From contig CAVTIG010000001.1 in the NCBI GenBank assembly GCA_963734745.1, positions 129,571 to 193,570 on the forward strand: DNA of 64,000 nt, read 5' to 3'. The translations under genes and the position numbers were made by a program. The notes beneath the pieces were generated by a model, which was given only the letters and a program-made list of their open reading frames with translations, was not told the origin of the DNA and did not search any database. Of the stretch, positions 9,501 through 21,272 are shown in pieces. The stretch comes from an uncultured Solirubrobacterales bacterium (GTDB taxonomy: Bacteria; Actinomycetota; Thermoleophilia; Solirubrobacterales; 70-9). Every line of letters starts with the position of its first letter. The first letter of the stretch is position 1.

Positions 9501-10573
9501 TCGCCAGGCGGCTGGAGGCGATCGAGGAGGGCGGCATCGACTTCGGCCACGCCGAGGCGCTCGCCTTCGCCTCGCTGCTCACCGAGGGCGTCCACACCCG
9601 CCTCACCGGCCAGGACACCGAGCGCGGCACCTTCTCCCACCGCCACCTCGTCCTCCACGACGAGAACACCGGCCTCGAGTACTGCCCGATGCAGAACCTC
9701 GAGGGCGCCTCTGCCCCCTTCGAGCTGTACAACAGCCCCCTCTCGGAGATCGCCTGCCTCGGCTTCGAGTACGGCTACTCGACCGCGACGCCCAGCGCCC
9801 TCGTCCTCTGGGAGGCGCAGTTCGGCGACTTCGCCAACGCCGGGCAGGTGATCGTCGACAGCTTCATCGTCTCCGGCGAGGCGAAGTGGGGGCAGACCAG
9901 CCGCCTCACCCTGCTGCTGCCGCACGGCTACGAGGGCTCCGGCCCCGAGCACTCCAGCGCCCGCATCGAGCGCTTCCTGGCGCTTGGCGCCGAGGGCAAC
10001 ATCCGGATCGCCAACCCGACAACCGCCGCCCAGTACTTCCACCTGCTGCGCCGCCAGGCGCTGATCCGAAAGCCGCGCCCGATGATCGTCTTCACCCCGA
10101 AGGGCCTGCTGCGCCTCGACCGCGCCGCGGCGACCCTGGAGGAGCTGTCCGATGGCTCCTTCCACTTCATCCTCGACGACCCGACCGCCGACGGCCGCCG
10201 CGAGAAGGTCGAGCGCCTCGTGGTCTGCACCGGCAAGGTCTACTTCGACATGGACTCCAGCGAGCGCCGCGCGGCCGCCGAGAACGTCGCCATCGCCCGC
10301 GTCGAGCAGCTCTACCCGTTCGCCCACGAGCAGCTGGCCGAGCTGATCGCCACCTACCCGAACCTGAGGGAGATCGCCTGGGTGCAGGAGGAGCCGCGAA
10401 ACATGGGCGCCTGGAAGGTGATGTCGCGCCGCATGCCGGACCTCCTCCCCGAGGGGATCGAGCTGCGCTACATCGGCCGCCCCGGCCGCGCCAGCCCCGG
10501 CGAGGGCTACTCCGCCGCCCACGCCCGCGAGCAGGAGCGCATAGTCCTCACCGCCCTCTCCCCCGGCGCCTGA
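6562..10573 (+). CDS. odhA: multifunctional 2-oxoglutarate dehydrogenase: lipoyl domain + E3-binding domain + E2 succinyltransferase core + E1 (ThDP) component; apparent 1-nt frameshift near 7160
   Basis: GTG 6562 follows the RBS taaggat. Domains in order: lipoyl domain (MPEMGESVTEG...EISTDKVDAEVPAP), PSBD (ATPVARRVAAELGVDL), E2 core (SVPTATSFRTV...TYDHRVIQGAESG), then about 900 aa of E1o (YRTHGHLAARLDPLG...). The frame changes between AKALRGPAGML and AMNESRSVPTA with no stop/start structure. Confidence 0.9.
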
Positions 10574-10902
10574 TGCGAAAGCCCGTCCCGGGGCCGCTGT
10601 TCGTGTGGGTCAAGCGGCTCTCCTGGGTGGAGCTGGCGATCTTCTCGGCGCTGATCCTGTTCTGGGTGATCCCGGGGTTCCAGACGGAGACGATGGTGTT
10701 CGGGTGGGCGCACGGGTTGGGGTTCGTCGGCCTCTGCGTCGTGATCTGGGTGGCCTGCGTGCGCCGCGAGGCTCCGTACACCCTGCTGGCCGCGACCCTC
10801 ACACCCGTGGGGCCGGTGGGGAGTGTGATCGGGGTCGAGCTGATCGAGCGCAAGGGCTGGGGTGTTGCGGGTTACCCGCAGGACGCTGCGGAATCCCCGT
10901 AA
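10573..10902 (+). CDS. small integral membrane protein (DUF3817-like)
   Basis: 109 aa with three hydrophobic segments. Its ATG overlaps the odhA stop (TGATG), suggesting translational coupling. Confidence 0.6.
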   Translation: MRKPVPGPLFVWVKRLSWVELAIFSALILFWVIPGFQTETMVFGWAHGLGFVGLCVVIWVACVRREAPYTLLAATLTPVGPVGSVIGVELIERKGWGVAGYPQDAAESP

Positions 10903-10917
10903 AGGCGCCGAATTGGC

Positions 10918-10946
10918 TTGACCCCGACCGGCTCACCCGGTATAGG
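10918..10946 (+). promoter_or_regulatory. candidate sigma-70-type promoter (TTGACC-17 nt-TATAGG)
   Basis: -35 TTGACC at 10918-10923, exact 17-nt spacer, -10 TATAGG at 10941-10946. Sits in a gene-free gap and points into a structured C-rich region. Confidence 0.35.
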
Positions 10947-10952
10947 TAGTTG

Positions 10953-11080
10953 GTGACTGCTTCCCTGAGCAGTCCCGCTCGGGGTGGCGGCCGCGTCGGC
11001 ATCCCTCCCTGGCTACCGACGCGTTGGTGCGGTGCGGGTCGCGCGGACCCCCCTGCCTCCCGCGGCCCCACCGCGCCCCT
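10953..11080 (+). ncRNA. candidate small RNA with two C-rich hairpin loops (6C-like)
   Basis: Hairpin CGCGTCGG (10992-10999) / CCGACGCG (11016-11023) has loop CATCCCTCCCTGGCTA. Hairpin CGCGG (11042-11046) / CCGCG (11060-11064) has loop ACCCCCCTGCCTC. An outer helix GGTGCGGTG / CACCGCGCC encloses the second hairpin. No credible ORF. Lies between convergent genes, downstream of the candidate promoter. Confidence 0.3.
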
Positions 11081-11088
11081 CTGCTTGT

Positions 11089-13878
<2,790 letters not shown>

Positions 13879-14679
13879 CTACCTCTTGTCCACCTGGCCC
13901 GCGGCGAGGCTCGCCGCCGCCTTCTGGCCGGCCGAGCCACCGGCGGTCCGCACCGCCATGCCCGGGCTGGCCAGCCCGATGTGGGCGAGCACCCGCTGCT
14001 GCAGCGGCGCCACCGCCACCTCCACCTTGTCCTGCTCGATCGCCCGCACCGTTGCGTCGCCGACCTGCTCGGGCGTCCCCGTCCCCAAGCCCGCCGGCGG
14101 CTTCGCTCCGGACTCGGCGAACATCCCCGCCTCTCTGATGAAGCCCGGCGAGACGAGCGAGACGCCGACGCCCCGCGGCGCCAGGTCGGCCCGCAGTCCC
14201 AGCGCGAAGCCGCGCAGGCCGAACTTGGTCGCGTTGTAGACGGAGGTGCGTGGGCTGGGCGCCTTGCCCGAGAGCGAGGCGACGAAGACCATGTGCCCCG
14301 CGCCCCGCTCCAGCATGGCCGGCGCCAGCGCCTGCGCCATCAGGATCGGCGACTCCAGGTTGACCCGCAGGGCGCGCTTCACCTGCTCCGGGGTGAAGTC
14401 CTCGAGCCGCCCGGTGCCCGGCAGGCCCGCGTTGGCGACGAGGACGTCGACGTCGCCCGCCTCGGCGGCGAGCTTCTCGGCGGCCCCCGGCTCGGCCAGG
14501 TCCGCCGGTAGCACCCGGTGTCCCTCGCCCGGCAACTCCGCCGCCAGCGCCTCCAGCGCCTCCGCCTTGCGGGCGCTCAGCAGGACGCTCGCCCCCCGCC
14601 CGGCGAGCGCCTTGGCGATCGCCCGCCCGAGGCCCCCGGTGGCCCCGGTCAGAAGAGCTGTGCGGCCGACAAGTTCCAT
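13879..14679 (-). CDS. SDR-family oxidoreductase
   Basis: Start chosen at MELVGRTALLTGATGGLGRAIA (ATG 14679). YNATKFGLRG is the catalytic YxxxK. Its stop codon directly abuts the acnA start at 13878. Confidence 0.8.
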   Translation of the reverse strand: MELVGRTALLTGATGGLGRAIAKALAGRGASVLLSARKAEALEALAAELPGEGHRVLPADLAEPGAAEKLAAEAGDVDVLVANAGLPGTGRLEDFTPEQVKRALRVNLESPILMAQALAPAMLERGAGHMVFVASLSGKAPSPRTSVYNATKFGLRGFALGLRADLAPRGVGVSLVSPGFIREAGMFAESGAKPPAGLGTGTPEQVGDATVRAIEQDKVEVAVAPLQQRVLAHIGLASPGMAVRTAGGSAGQKAAASLAAGQVDKR

Positions 14680-14794
14680 CCCAGGACGCAAGCTACCAGC
14701 CGGGCGGCCGACAGGAATCTGGGCTCCAAGTGCGAAAGGCCACAAAATGTTTGTTTTTCATGAGCAAGCGACCGGGACATCGTCTAGACTGCCG

Positions 14795-14942
14795 CGATCG
14801 AATAACCGAAACGCCGAGTCCCGTGCGCTATGGAGGCGCCGCGGGAGCGGGGGAACCACGTTTTCGGGGCTAACCCACCTCAGCTCTGGTGGGGGCGCAA
14901 GCTCCTTTCGCGCCAGCCCGACAGCTAACCCCGTAGGCCGAC
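14795..14942 (+). promoter_or_regulatory. cyclic-di-AMP riboswitch (ydaO-yuaA class)
   Basis: Contains the conserved blocks GAGCGGGGGAACCA (14845-14858), CGGGGCTAACCC (14865-14876) and CCAGCCCGACAGCTAACCCCGTAGGC (14912-14937). These match the pseudo-symmetric ydaO consensus (GAGCGGGGGACCCA ... GGGGUGAAUCC ... CCCGA..CAGCUAACCUCGUAAGC). It ends directly at the RBS GAAGGAG (14943-14949) of an NlpC/P60 gene, a typical actinobacterial context. Confidence 0.75.
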
Positions 14943-14955
14943 GAAGGAGATCGGT

Positions 14956-15513
14956 TTGCTTTCACATAGGCAGAAGCTGAAGACGGGGTTGGCGGCAGCC
15001 GGGGCAATGGTCGTCCTGGCTCTCGTGGCGCCGGCCGGCGCGTCCGCCGGCTGCGGAGGCGGCGGCCTCTCGCCCGCCACCACGGACATCTGCACACCCA
15101 CGGCCAAGGCCAAGCTGCTCGCGAACGGGATGGTGATCCCGCCGGCCAGCGCCCCGCCGAAGGTCCAGGCGGTGATCGCGGCGGCCAACAAGATCCGCAC
15201 CAAGCCCTACATCTGGGGCGGCGGCCACGCCCGCTGGTGGGACGCCGGCTACGACTGCTCCGGATCCGTCAGCTACGCGCTGCACGGCGGCGGCTTCCTC
15301 ACCAGCCCCCTCCCCTCGGGCCCGATGGAGCGCTGGGGATACGCCGGCATGGGCCGCTGGATCACCGTCTACGCCAACGCCGGCCACGCCTACGCGGTGA
15401 TCGCCGGCATCCGCTGGGACACCTCCGGCGACTCCAACGGCTCCGGCCCCCGCTGGCACCTGGACCTGCGCGACAACGCCGGCTACGTCGCCCGCCATCC
15501 CGGCGGCTACTGA
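14956..15513 (+). CDS. secreted NlpC/P60 (C40) family cell-wall peptidase
   Basis: 185 aa, TTG start after GAAGGAG, with a signal peptide. Motif YIWGGGHARWWDAGYDCSGSVSYAL carries the catalytic Cys, and a downstream GHAYAV carries the His. Confidence 0.85.
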   Translation: MLSHRQKLKTGLAAAGAMVVLALVAPAGASAGCGGGGLSPATTDICTPTAKAKLLANGMVIPPASAPPKVQAVIAAANKIRTKPYIWGGGHARWWDAGYDCSGSVSYALHGGGFLTSPLPSGPMERWGYAGMGRWITVYANAGHAYAVIAGIRWDTSGDSNGSGPRWHLDLRDNAGYVARHPGGY

Positions 15514-15621
15514 GCCACGCGGTGCGCCGCCCCGGCCAAGCGGCCGAGGCGAATTTGTCCTTGCTTTCCTGATCTGCTCGGCTAACTTCTTTATGTAACT
15601 GCTCCACCACCAGACATCCGC

Positions 15622-16629
15622 TTGGCAAGCCTCACCAAGCGTTACGGCGAGGTGGTCGCGGTTGCGGGAATTGACCTGGAGATCGAGCGGGGGGAGTTCT
15701 TCACGCTGCTGGGGCCGTCCGGCTCCGGCAAGACGACCACGCTGCGGATGATCGCCGGCTTCGAGGAGCCGACCGCGGGGACGATCGAGCTGGCGGGTGA
15801 GGATGTGCGCGGCGTCCCTCCCTACGCGCGCGCCGTCAACACCGTCTTCCAGGACTACGCCCTCTTCCCCCACATGACGGTGGGGCAGAACGTCGAGTAC
15901 GGGATGCGGGTCGCCCGCGCCCCCAAGGCCGAACGCCGCCGCCGCCGCGACGAGGCGCTGGAGATGGTCCGCCTCCCCGGCTACGCCGACCGCAAGCCCG
16001 GCGAGCTCTCCGGCGGCCAGCGGCAGCGCGTCGCCCTCGCCCGCGCGATCGTCAACCGTCCCAAGGTCCTGCTGCTCGACGAGCCGCTCGGCGCCCTCGA
16101 CCTGAAGCTGCGCGAGCAGATGCAGGTCGAGCTGAAGACGATCCAGGGCGAGGTCGGCATCACCTTCGTCTACGTCACCCACGACCAGGACGAGGCGCTG
16201 ACGATGAGCGACCGGATCGCCGTCTTCAACGAGGGCCGCGTCCAGCAGGTGAGCGGGCCGGTGGAGCTCTACGAGTACCCGGCCAACGAGTTCGTCGCCG
16301 GCTTCGTCGGCGTCTCCAACCTGCTGGAGCGCGACGGCGCCCGCTTCACGATCCGCCCCGAGAAGATCCAGCTGGTCGACCCCTCGGCGCCGCCCAACGG
16401 CCTGCGCACCGAGCGTGGCCGCATCGCCGACGTCTCCTACGCCGGCATGGTGACCCGCTACACGGTCGCCCTGGACGCCGGCGGAGAGCTTCAACTCGTA
16501 CGGCAGAACATGGAGAGCGCGTCGCTGGACGCTGCTTCTGAGCGGGGGAGGGAGGTCCTGGTCGGCTGGCGCCCGGAGCACACGGTCGCCGTCCGTGGGA
16601 AAACGACGAAAGAGGAGGAATCATCGTGA
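15622..16629 (+). CDS. ABC transporter ATP-binding protein (PotA-like, polyamine-type importer)
   Basis: Walker A GPSGSGKTT, signature LSGGQRQRVALARA, Walker B LLLDEP, and a C-terminal TOBE-like domain. The start (TTG 15622) is uncertain. Confidence 0.85.
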   Translation: MASLTKRYGEVVAVAGIDLEIERGEFFTLLGPSGSGKTTTLRMIAGFEEPTAGTIELAGEDVRGVPPYARAVNTVFQDYALFPHMTVGQNVEYGMRVARAPKAERRRRRDEALEMVRLPGYADRKPGELSGGQRQRVALARAIVNRPKVLLLDEPLGALDLKLREQMQVELKTIQGEVGITFVYVTHDQDEALTMSDRIAVFNEGRVQQVSGPVELYEYPANEFVAGFVGVSNLLERDGARFTIRPEKIQLVDPSAPPNGLRTERGRIADVSYAGMVTRYTVALDAGGELQLVRQNMESASLDAASERGREVLVGWRPEHTVAVRGKTTKEEESS

Positions 16630-17813
16630 GGAGAGAGGACGCTCATCCCGCTCGGACGGCCTGGCTCGTGATCGCCGGGCTGCTCGCGTTCATGCTGCTG
16701 CTGGCCGGCTGCGGCGGAGGCAACGGCGGCACAACCGGCAAGGAGCTGACCAAGGTCGGCAAGGGAGAGGGTCAGGTCGACCTGATCTCCTGGGCCGGCT
16801 ACGTCGAGCCGCAGTGGTCGAAGCCGTTCGAGCAGCAGACCGGGTGCAAGGTGAACGACAAGGTCGCCGGCACCTCCGACGAGATGGTCCAGCTGATGCG
16901 GACCGGGCAGTACGACGGGGTCTCGGCCTCGGGCAACGCCTCGGCCCGCCTGGTCGACGGCGGCGACGTCGACCCGGTCAACGTCAGCCTGGTTCCGAAC
17001 TATCAGACCATCTTCGCCGACCTCAAGAACCAGCCCTACAACACGTTCGACGGCACCCACTACGGGATCCCGCACGGCCGCGGGGCGAACCTGCTGATGT
17101 GGAACAGCAACGACGTCAAGCCGGCGCCCACATCCTGGGACGTGGTTCTCGATCCGAAGAAGGCCGCCAAGTACAAGGGCAAGATCAGCGCCTACGACGA
17201 CCCGATCTACATCGCCGACGCGGCCGTCTACCTGAAGGCGCACCAGCCGAGCCTGGGGATCGACAACCCCTACGAGCTGAACCAGCAGCAGTTCGACGCG
17301 GCGGTCAACCTGCTCAAGGAGCAGCGGCCCAACGTCGGCGAGTACTGGTCCGACGCCGCCAAGCAGATCTCGGCCTTCTCCAACGGGGACGACCAGGTCG
17401 GCACCACCTGGCAGTACCAGTACTTCGCGCTGAAGGACGCCGGCCAGCCGGTGGCGGCGAGCCCCGCCAGCCAGGGCTTCCTGCCGTCCGAGGGCGCGAC
17501 GGGATGGTCGGACACCTGGATGATCAGCTCCCAGGCCAAGCATCCCAACTGCATGTACGAGTGGATGAACTGGATCGTCTCTCCGAAGGCGAACGCCCAG
17601 GTGGCGGAGTTCTTCGGCGAGGCGCCGGCGCAGAGCAAGGCGTGCGACTTCACGTCGGACAAGAGCTTCTGCGCCAAGTACCACGCCGCCAACCCGGCGT
17701 TCTGGAAGCGCGTGTACTACTGGGAGACCCCGGTGGCCGACTGTGGCAACGGGTCGACCGACTGCAAGGACTACAACGACTGGGTCCAGGCGTGGACCTC
17801 GATTAAAGGTTGA
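16626..17813 (+). CDS. ABC transporter substrate-binding lipoprotein (PotD/PotF-like)
   Basis: 395 aa with lipobox LLLAGCGGG. The GTG start overlaps the upstream stop. Confidence 0.85.
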   Translation: MRREDAHPARTAWLVIAGLLAFMLLLAGCGGGNGGTTGKELTKVGKGEGQVDLISWAGYVEPQWSKPFEQQTGCKVNDKVAGTSDEMVQLMRTGQYDGVSASGNASARLVDGGDVDPVNVSLVPNYQTIFADLKNQPYNTFDGTHYGIPHGRGANLLMWNSNDVKPAPTSWDVVLDPKKAAKYKGKISAYDDPIYIADAAVYLKAHQPSLGIDNPYELNQQQFDAAVNLLKEQRPNVGEYWSDAAKQISAFSNGDDQVGTTWQYQYFALKDAGQPVAASPASQGFLPSEGATGWSDTWMISSQAKHPNCMYEWMNWIVSPKANAQVAEFFGEAPAQSKACDFTSDKSFCAKYHAANPAFWKRVYYWETPVADCGNGSTDCKDYNDWVQAWTSIKG

Positions 17814-18664
17814 GTCGCCGGCTCGCCGGGTTGTTCCAGGGGCGCCCCCGCCTTCAGGTGGGGGCGCTCCTGGCCGGCCCGGTCGGCTGGCTGGTCGTCG
17901 GGTACCTGGGATCGCTCGCGGTCCTGCTGATCGCGGCGTTCTGGACGGTCGACCCGCTCAGCGGCGAGGTCGTCCGCGGCCTCAGCCTCGGCAACTTCAA
18001 GACGCTCGTCAACGAGCCGGTCTACCGCAACATCGCCGAGCGGACGATCGCCATCGCCGCGCTCGTCACCCTCACCGACGCCGTCCTCGCCTTCCCGATC
18101 GCCTTCTACATCGCCAAGGTGGCGAGCCGGCGCGGCAAGGCGATCCTGATCGTCGCCGTGCTGCTGCCGCTCTGGTCGAGCTACCTGGTGAAGGTGTACT
18201 CGTGGCGGACGATGCTCTCCACCGACGGGGTGATCAACTGGGTGCTCGGACCGCTCGGGCTGCACGGCCCGGGGTACGGCAACGCCGCCGTCTGGCTGGT
18301 GATGAGCTACCTCTGGCTCCCGTACATGATCCTGCCGATCTACGCCGGGCTGGAGCGGATCCCCGGCTCGCTGATCAGCGCCTCGGAGGACCTCGGCGCC
18401 GGCCCCTTCACGACCTTCCGCCGGGTGATCCTGCCGCTCGTCTTCCCGGCGGTGATCGCCGGCTCGATCTTCACCTTCTCGCTGACCCTGGGCGACTACA
18501 TCACCCCGCGCCTCGTCTCCAACAACCAGTTCATCGGCAACGTCGTCTTCAACAACGTCACCACCGACCTGCCGCTCGCCTCGGCCTTCGCGCTCGTCCC
18601 GATCATGGTGATGATCGCCTACCTGCTGGTCGCCCGGAAGCTCGGGGCGTTCGAGCACATATAG
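17810..18664 (+). CDS. ABC transporter permease (PotB-like)
   Basis: 284 aa, 6 TM, EAA-type loop ASEDLGAGPFTTFRRVILP. Overlaps the upstream stop by 4 nt. Confidence 0.85.
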   Translation: MSRRLAGLFQGRPRLQVGALLAGPVGWLVVGYLGSLAVLLIAAFWTVDPLSGEVVRGLSLGNFKTLVNEPVYRNIAERTIAIAALVTLTDAVLAFPIAFYIAKVASRRGKAILIVAVLLPLWSSYLVKVYSWRTMLSTDGVINWVLGPLGLHGPGYGNAAVWLVMSYLWLPYMILPIYAGLERIPGSLISASEDLGAGPFTTFRRVILPLVFPAVIAGSIFTFSLTLGDYITPRLVSNNQFIGNVVFNNVTTDLPLASAFALVPIMVMIAYLLVARKLGAFEHI

Positions 18665-18675
18665 GAGGCGGGACG

Positions 18676-19539
18676 GTGCGACTCTCCAGACGAGCGGCGA
18701 TCCTCCTCCGCGTCGGCGTCGCGATCGGCCTCGCCTTCATCTACGTGCCGCTGATCGTGATCGTGATCTACGCCTTCAACTCCAGCGAGATCCTCGAGTG
18801 GCCGCCGCCGGGGCTGACCCTCGACTGGTTCCCAACGGCGATCCACGACCAGGGCGCCCGCGACGCCTTCAAAACCTCGGTCGAGGCCGGCGTGATCGCC
18901 ACCGCGATCGCGATAACCCTGGGCACGCTCGCCTCGCTCGCCGTCGCCCGCCACCGCTTCTTCGGGCGGGAGACGATCTCCTTCCTCGTCGTGCTGCCGA
19001 TCGCCCTGCCGGGGATCGTCACCGGGATCGCCCTCAGCGACACCTTCACCCAGGTGCTGGGGATCCCGCTCAGCCTCTTCACCGTGATCGTCGGCCACGC
19101 GACCTTCTGCATCGTCGTCATCTACAACAACGTCGTCGCCCGCCTGCGCCGCATGTCCACCTCCTTCGAGGAGGCCTCCGCCGACCTCGGCGCCCACACC
19201 TGGCAGACCTTCCGCTACGTCACCCTGCCCAACATGCAGACGGCGCTGGTCGCCGGCGCCCTGCTCGCCTTCGCCCTCTCCTTCGACGAGATCATCGTCA
19301 CCACGTTCACGATCGGCGCCGGCCAGCAGACCCTCCCGATCTGGATCTTCTCCAACCTATTCCGCCCCAACCAACTCCCGATAGTCAACGTCGTAGCCGT
19401 GATCGTGATCCTGATCTCGATCATCCCCGTCTACCTCGCCCACCGCCTGACCCGAGAGGAGGGCCCCCCATCCGCCCGCGGCGCCCGCGCCCGCTTCGAA
19501 GGCGGCGGGGTCGAGACCGAGGCGACCGCGGTTCCGTAA
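18676..19539 (+). CDS. ABC transporter permease (PotC-like)
   Basis: GTG 18676 follows AGGAGG (18663-18668). EAA-type loop EEASADLGAHTWQTFRYVTLP. Confidence 0.85.
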   Translation: MRLSRRAAILLRVGVAIGLAFIYVPLIVIVIYAFNSSEILEWPPPGLTLDWFPTAIHDQGARDAFKTSVEAGVIATAIAITLGTLASLAVARHRFFGRETISFLVVLPIALPGIVTGIALSDTFTQVLGIPLSLFTVIVGHATFCIVVIYNNVVARLRRMSTSFEEASADLGAHTWQTFRYVTLPNMQTALVAGALLAFALSFDEIIVTTFTIGAGQQTLPIWIFSNLFRPNQLPIVNVVAVIVILISIIPVYLAHRLTREEGPPSARGARARFEGGGVETEATAVP

Positions 19540-19549
19540 GCGCGCGCGA

Positions 19550-20620
19550 CTACGGCCCGCTGGGAGCTTGGGTCAACGAACTTGTGGTGCCGGAGGCGAT
19601 GAAGTCCGTCTCGCTCGGCCGGGCCTTCGGGTCGAGCGGATCCTCCTTGCTCGCCAGCACCTGGGAGGTGTTGGGGTCGACGATCAGGGAATAGACCGTG
19701 GGGCGTCCCGAGTTGGCCGATTCGGCTCCGATCGCGATTCCCTCACGGCCGATCTCGTCGCTGGCCCTGCCGAGGTACTCGACGTCGGGGACCTGCCCCT
19801 CCGCCTCGTAGAGAGCGGCCCTCAGCTCCGGGGTCGCGAAGGGGTTCTGCAGCAGGTCGGAGACCATGGTCAGGGTCCTGACGGCGACCGAGAACCCGTT
19901 CCCCGCGCCGGCGCCCGCCTTCGGGTCGGTGGCCTTGTCCTGGAGCCATTGCGCCAGCTCGTCCGGATCGGTCGGGATTTGCGAAATCTGAGTCCCGCTG
20001 TAGGGATGGTCGCTGAAGCTGCCCGGCGGGAACGACTCTGTGTCGGTGGAACTGTGGAACCCGTCGGTTTCGAAGCTGGGCTTGCCGGCGCCTATCCACG
20101 CCTCCCTGTCCTTGGCTGCCACGAACTGCGGGGCGGTTGAGCTGGTGACCCGACGGCCCGAGCCGTCTTTGGCCACCCACGTCTCGGTCACCTGGGTCTT
20201 GTAGGTCGACCAGACATGCTCCCTGTCCCAAACGGACGTGTCGGTATAGGTCCCCTGCGTCTTCGTGTAGAAGTACGGGAGGCTGGTGTCCAACGGCGGT
20301 TGCTTGGCGGCCGCCTCGGCCACCCTGTCGAGGATCGGCAGCGTGCCGTGGTCGCCGCCACCCCCACCGGGGAGGCCGACGATCGCCGCGGTCAACGCCA
20401 TTGCGCCGACGGCGGCGGCAACGAACGCGCGCCTGCTCCCCGGTCGCGAGAGGGAGCGACCGGGCGCTACTCGCCCGGTGCGGCGTTTTTCCTGCGGATC
20501 CGAGGCAAGGATCGCCGCGAGCAGCTCACCGGCCGCGGGACCTTCGAAATTCTGCTCCTCGACTCTGGCGGGATCGATCGAAGCGAGTCCTTCGTCAAGC
20601 ATCGTGTTCTTCGATTTCAT
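19550..20620 (-). CDS. membrane-anchored hypothetical protein, probable partner of the upstream ECF sigma (resembles CU044_5270-family proteins)
   Basis: Start MKSKNTMLDEG (ATG 20620) follows GGAGG and overlaps the sigma-factor stop (ATGA). One TM segment (AFVAAAVGAMALTAAIVGL) and a large extracytoplasmic domain. The 500-aa track ORF overextends into the sigma gene. Confidence 0.65.
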   Translation of the reverse strand: MKSKNTMLDEGLASIDPARVEEQNFEGPAAGELLAAILASDPQEKRRTGRVAPGRSLSRPGSRRAFVAAAVGAMALTAAIVGLPGGGGGDHGTLPILDRVAEAAAKQPPLDTSLPYFYTKTQGTYTDTSVWDREHVWSTYKTQVTETWVAKDGSGRRVTSSTAPQFVAAKDREAWIGAGKPSFETDGFHSSTDTESFPPGSFSDHPYSGTQISQIPTDPDELAQWLQDKATDPKAGAGAGNGFSVAVRTLTMVSDLLQNPFATPELRAALYEAEGQVPDVEYLGRASDEIGREGIAIGAESANSGRPTVYSLIVDPNTSQVLASKEDPLDPKARPSETDFIASGTTSSLTQAPSGP

Positions 20621-21153
20621 CGTGCCTCCGTGGTGCCGGTTCGCGGTTGGAGCTGCGATCGCTTGCTTGCTTCTCCGAGCAGATGTCCATGGGACTCGAG
20701 TTCTTTCAGCAGGCGGCGGCGGGCCCGGTAGAGGCGAAGGGAGAAGGCCGCGGCCGTGCATCCCATGACTCGAGCGGCCTCGCGCGGCTTCAGCCCGTCC
20801 CACGCAACGAGGGCGAGCACCTCGCGATCGCGGGGGCCGAGCGCCGCGAATGCCGCCGCGAACGCCTCCCGTTCGCCGATCAGCTCGGGGATCGGGGTGC
20901 CCGGATCGCGGACTTCGACGAGGTCCAGGGAAGCGTGAGGCCCGTCGGGAAGCCGTCGTTTCGACGAGCGCCTCTGGTTGGCGAGAACCTTTTTCGCGGT
21001 GCCGAGCAGCCAGGGAAGCCGCTCGTCCGGCATCTCGTCGAAGCGCCGCCACGCAACCAGATACGTCTCGGACACGACCTCTTCGGCCGCGTGACGATCC
21101 CCGGTTCGGCGCAGGGCATAGGCGAAGACCCGTGCATGGGTCTCGCCGAACAT
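20617..21153 (-). CDS. ECF-type RNA polymerase sigma factor
   Basis: 178 aa. Region 2 (AEEVVSETYLVAWRRFDEM) and region 4 HTH (REVLALVAWDGLKPREAARVMGCTAAAFSLRLYRARRRL). Confidence 0.85.
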   Translation of the reverse strand: MFGETHARVFAYALRRTGDRHAAEEVVSETYLVAWRRFDEMPDERLPWLLGTAKKVLANQRRSSKRRLPDGPHASLDLVEVRDPGTPIPELIGEREAFAAAFAALGPRDREVLALVAWDGLKPREAARVMGCTAAAFSLRLYRARRRLLKELESHGHLLGEASKRSQLQPRTGTTEAR

Positions 21154-21272
21154 CGCCTCAAATCGACATCGCCCTGCCGGCGTCCACCGGTCCAGTCTCC
21201 GCCATCTCCACTACATGTCCGCTCGCCCCCAAATCTTTCAACCTCCGGCGGCAGGACCCGCCGCGCCAACCG

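Noticed and set aside
19550-21052. 500-aa ORF spanning the anti-sigma-like gene and most of the ECF sigma gene in another frame.
   Set aside because: The upstream 143 aa are Arg/Pro-rich shadow text overlapping the well-supported sigma-factor frame. A GGAGG-preceded ATG at 20620 with an ATGA overlap to the sigma stop gives the sensible gene.
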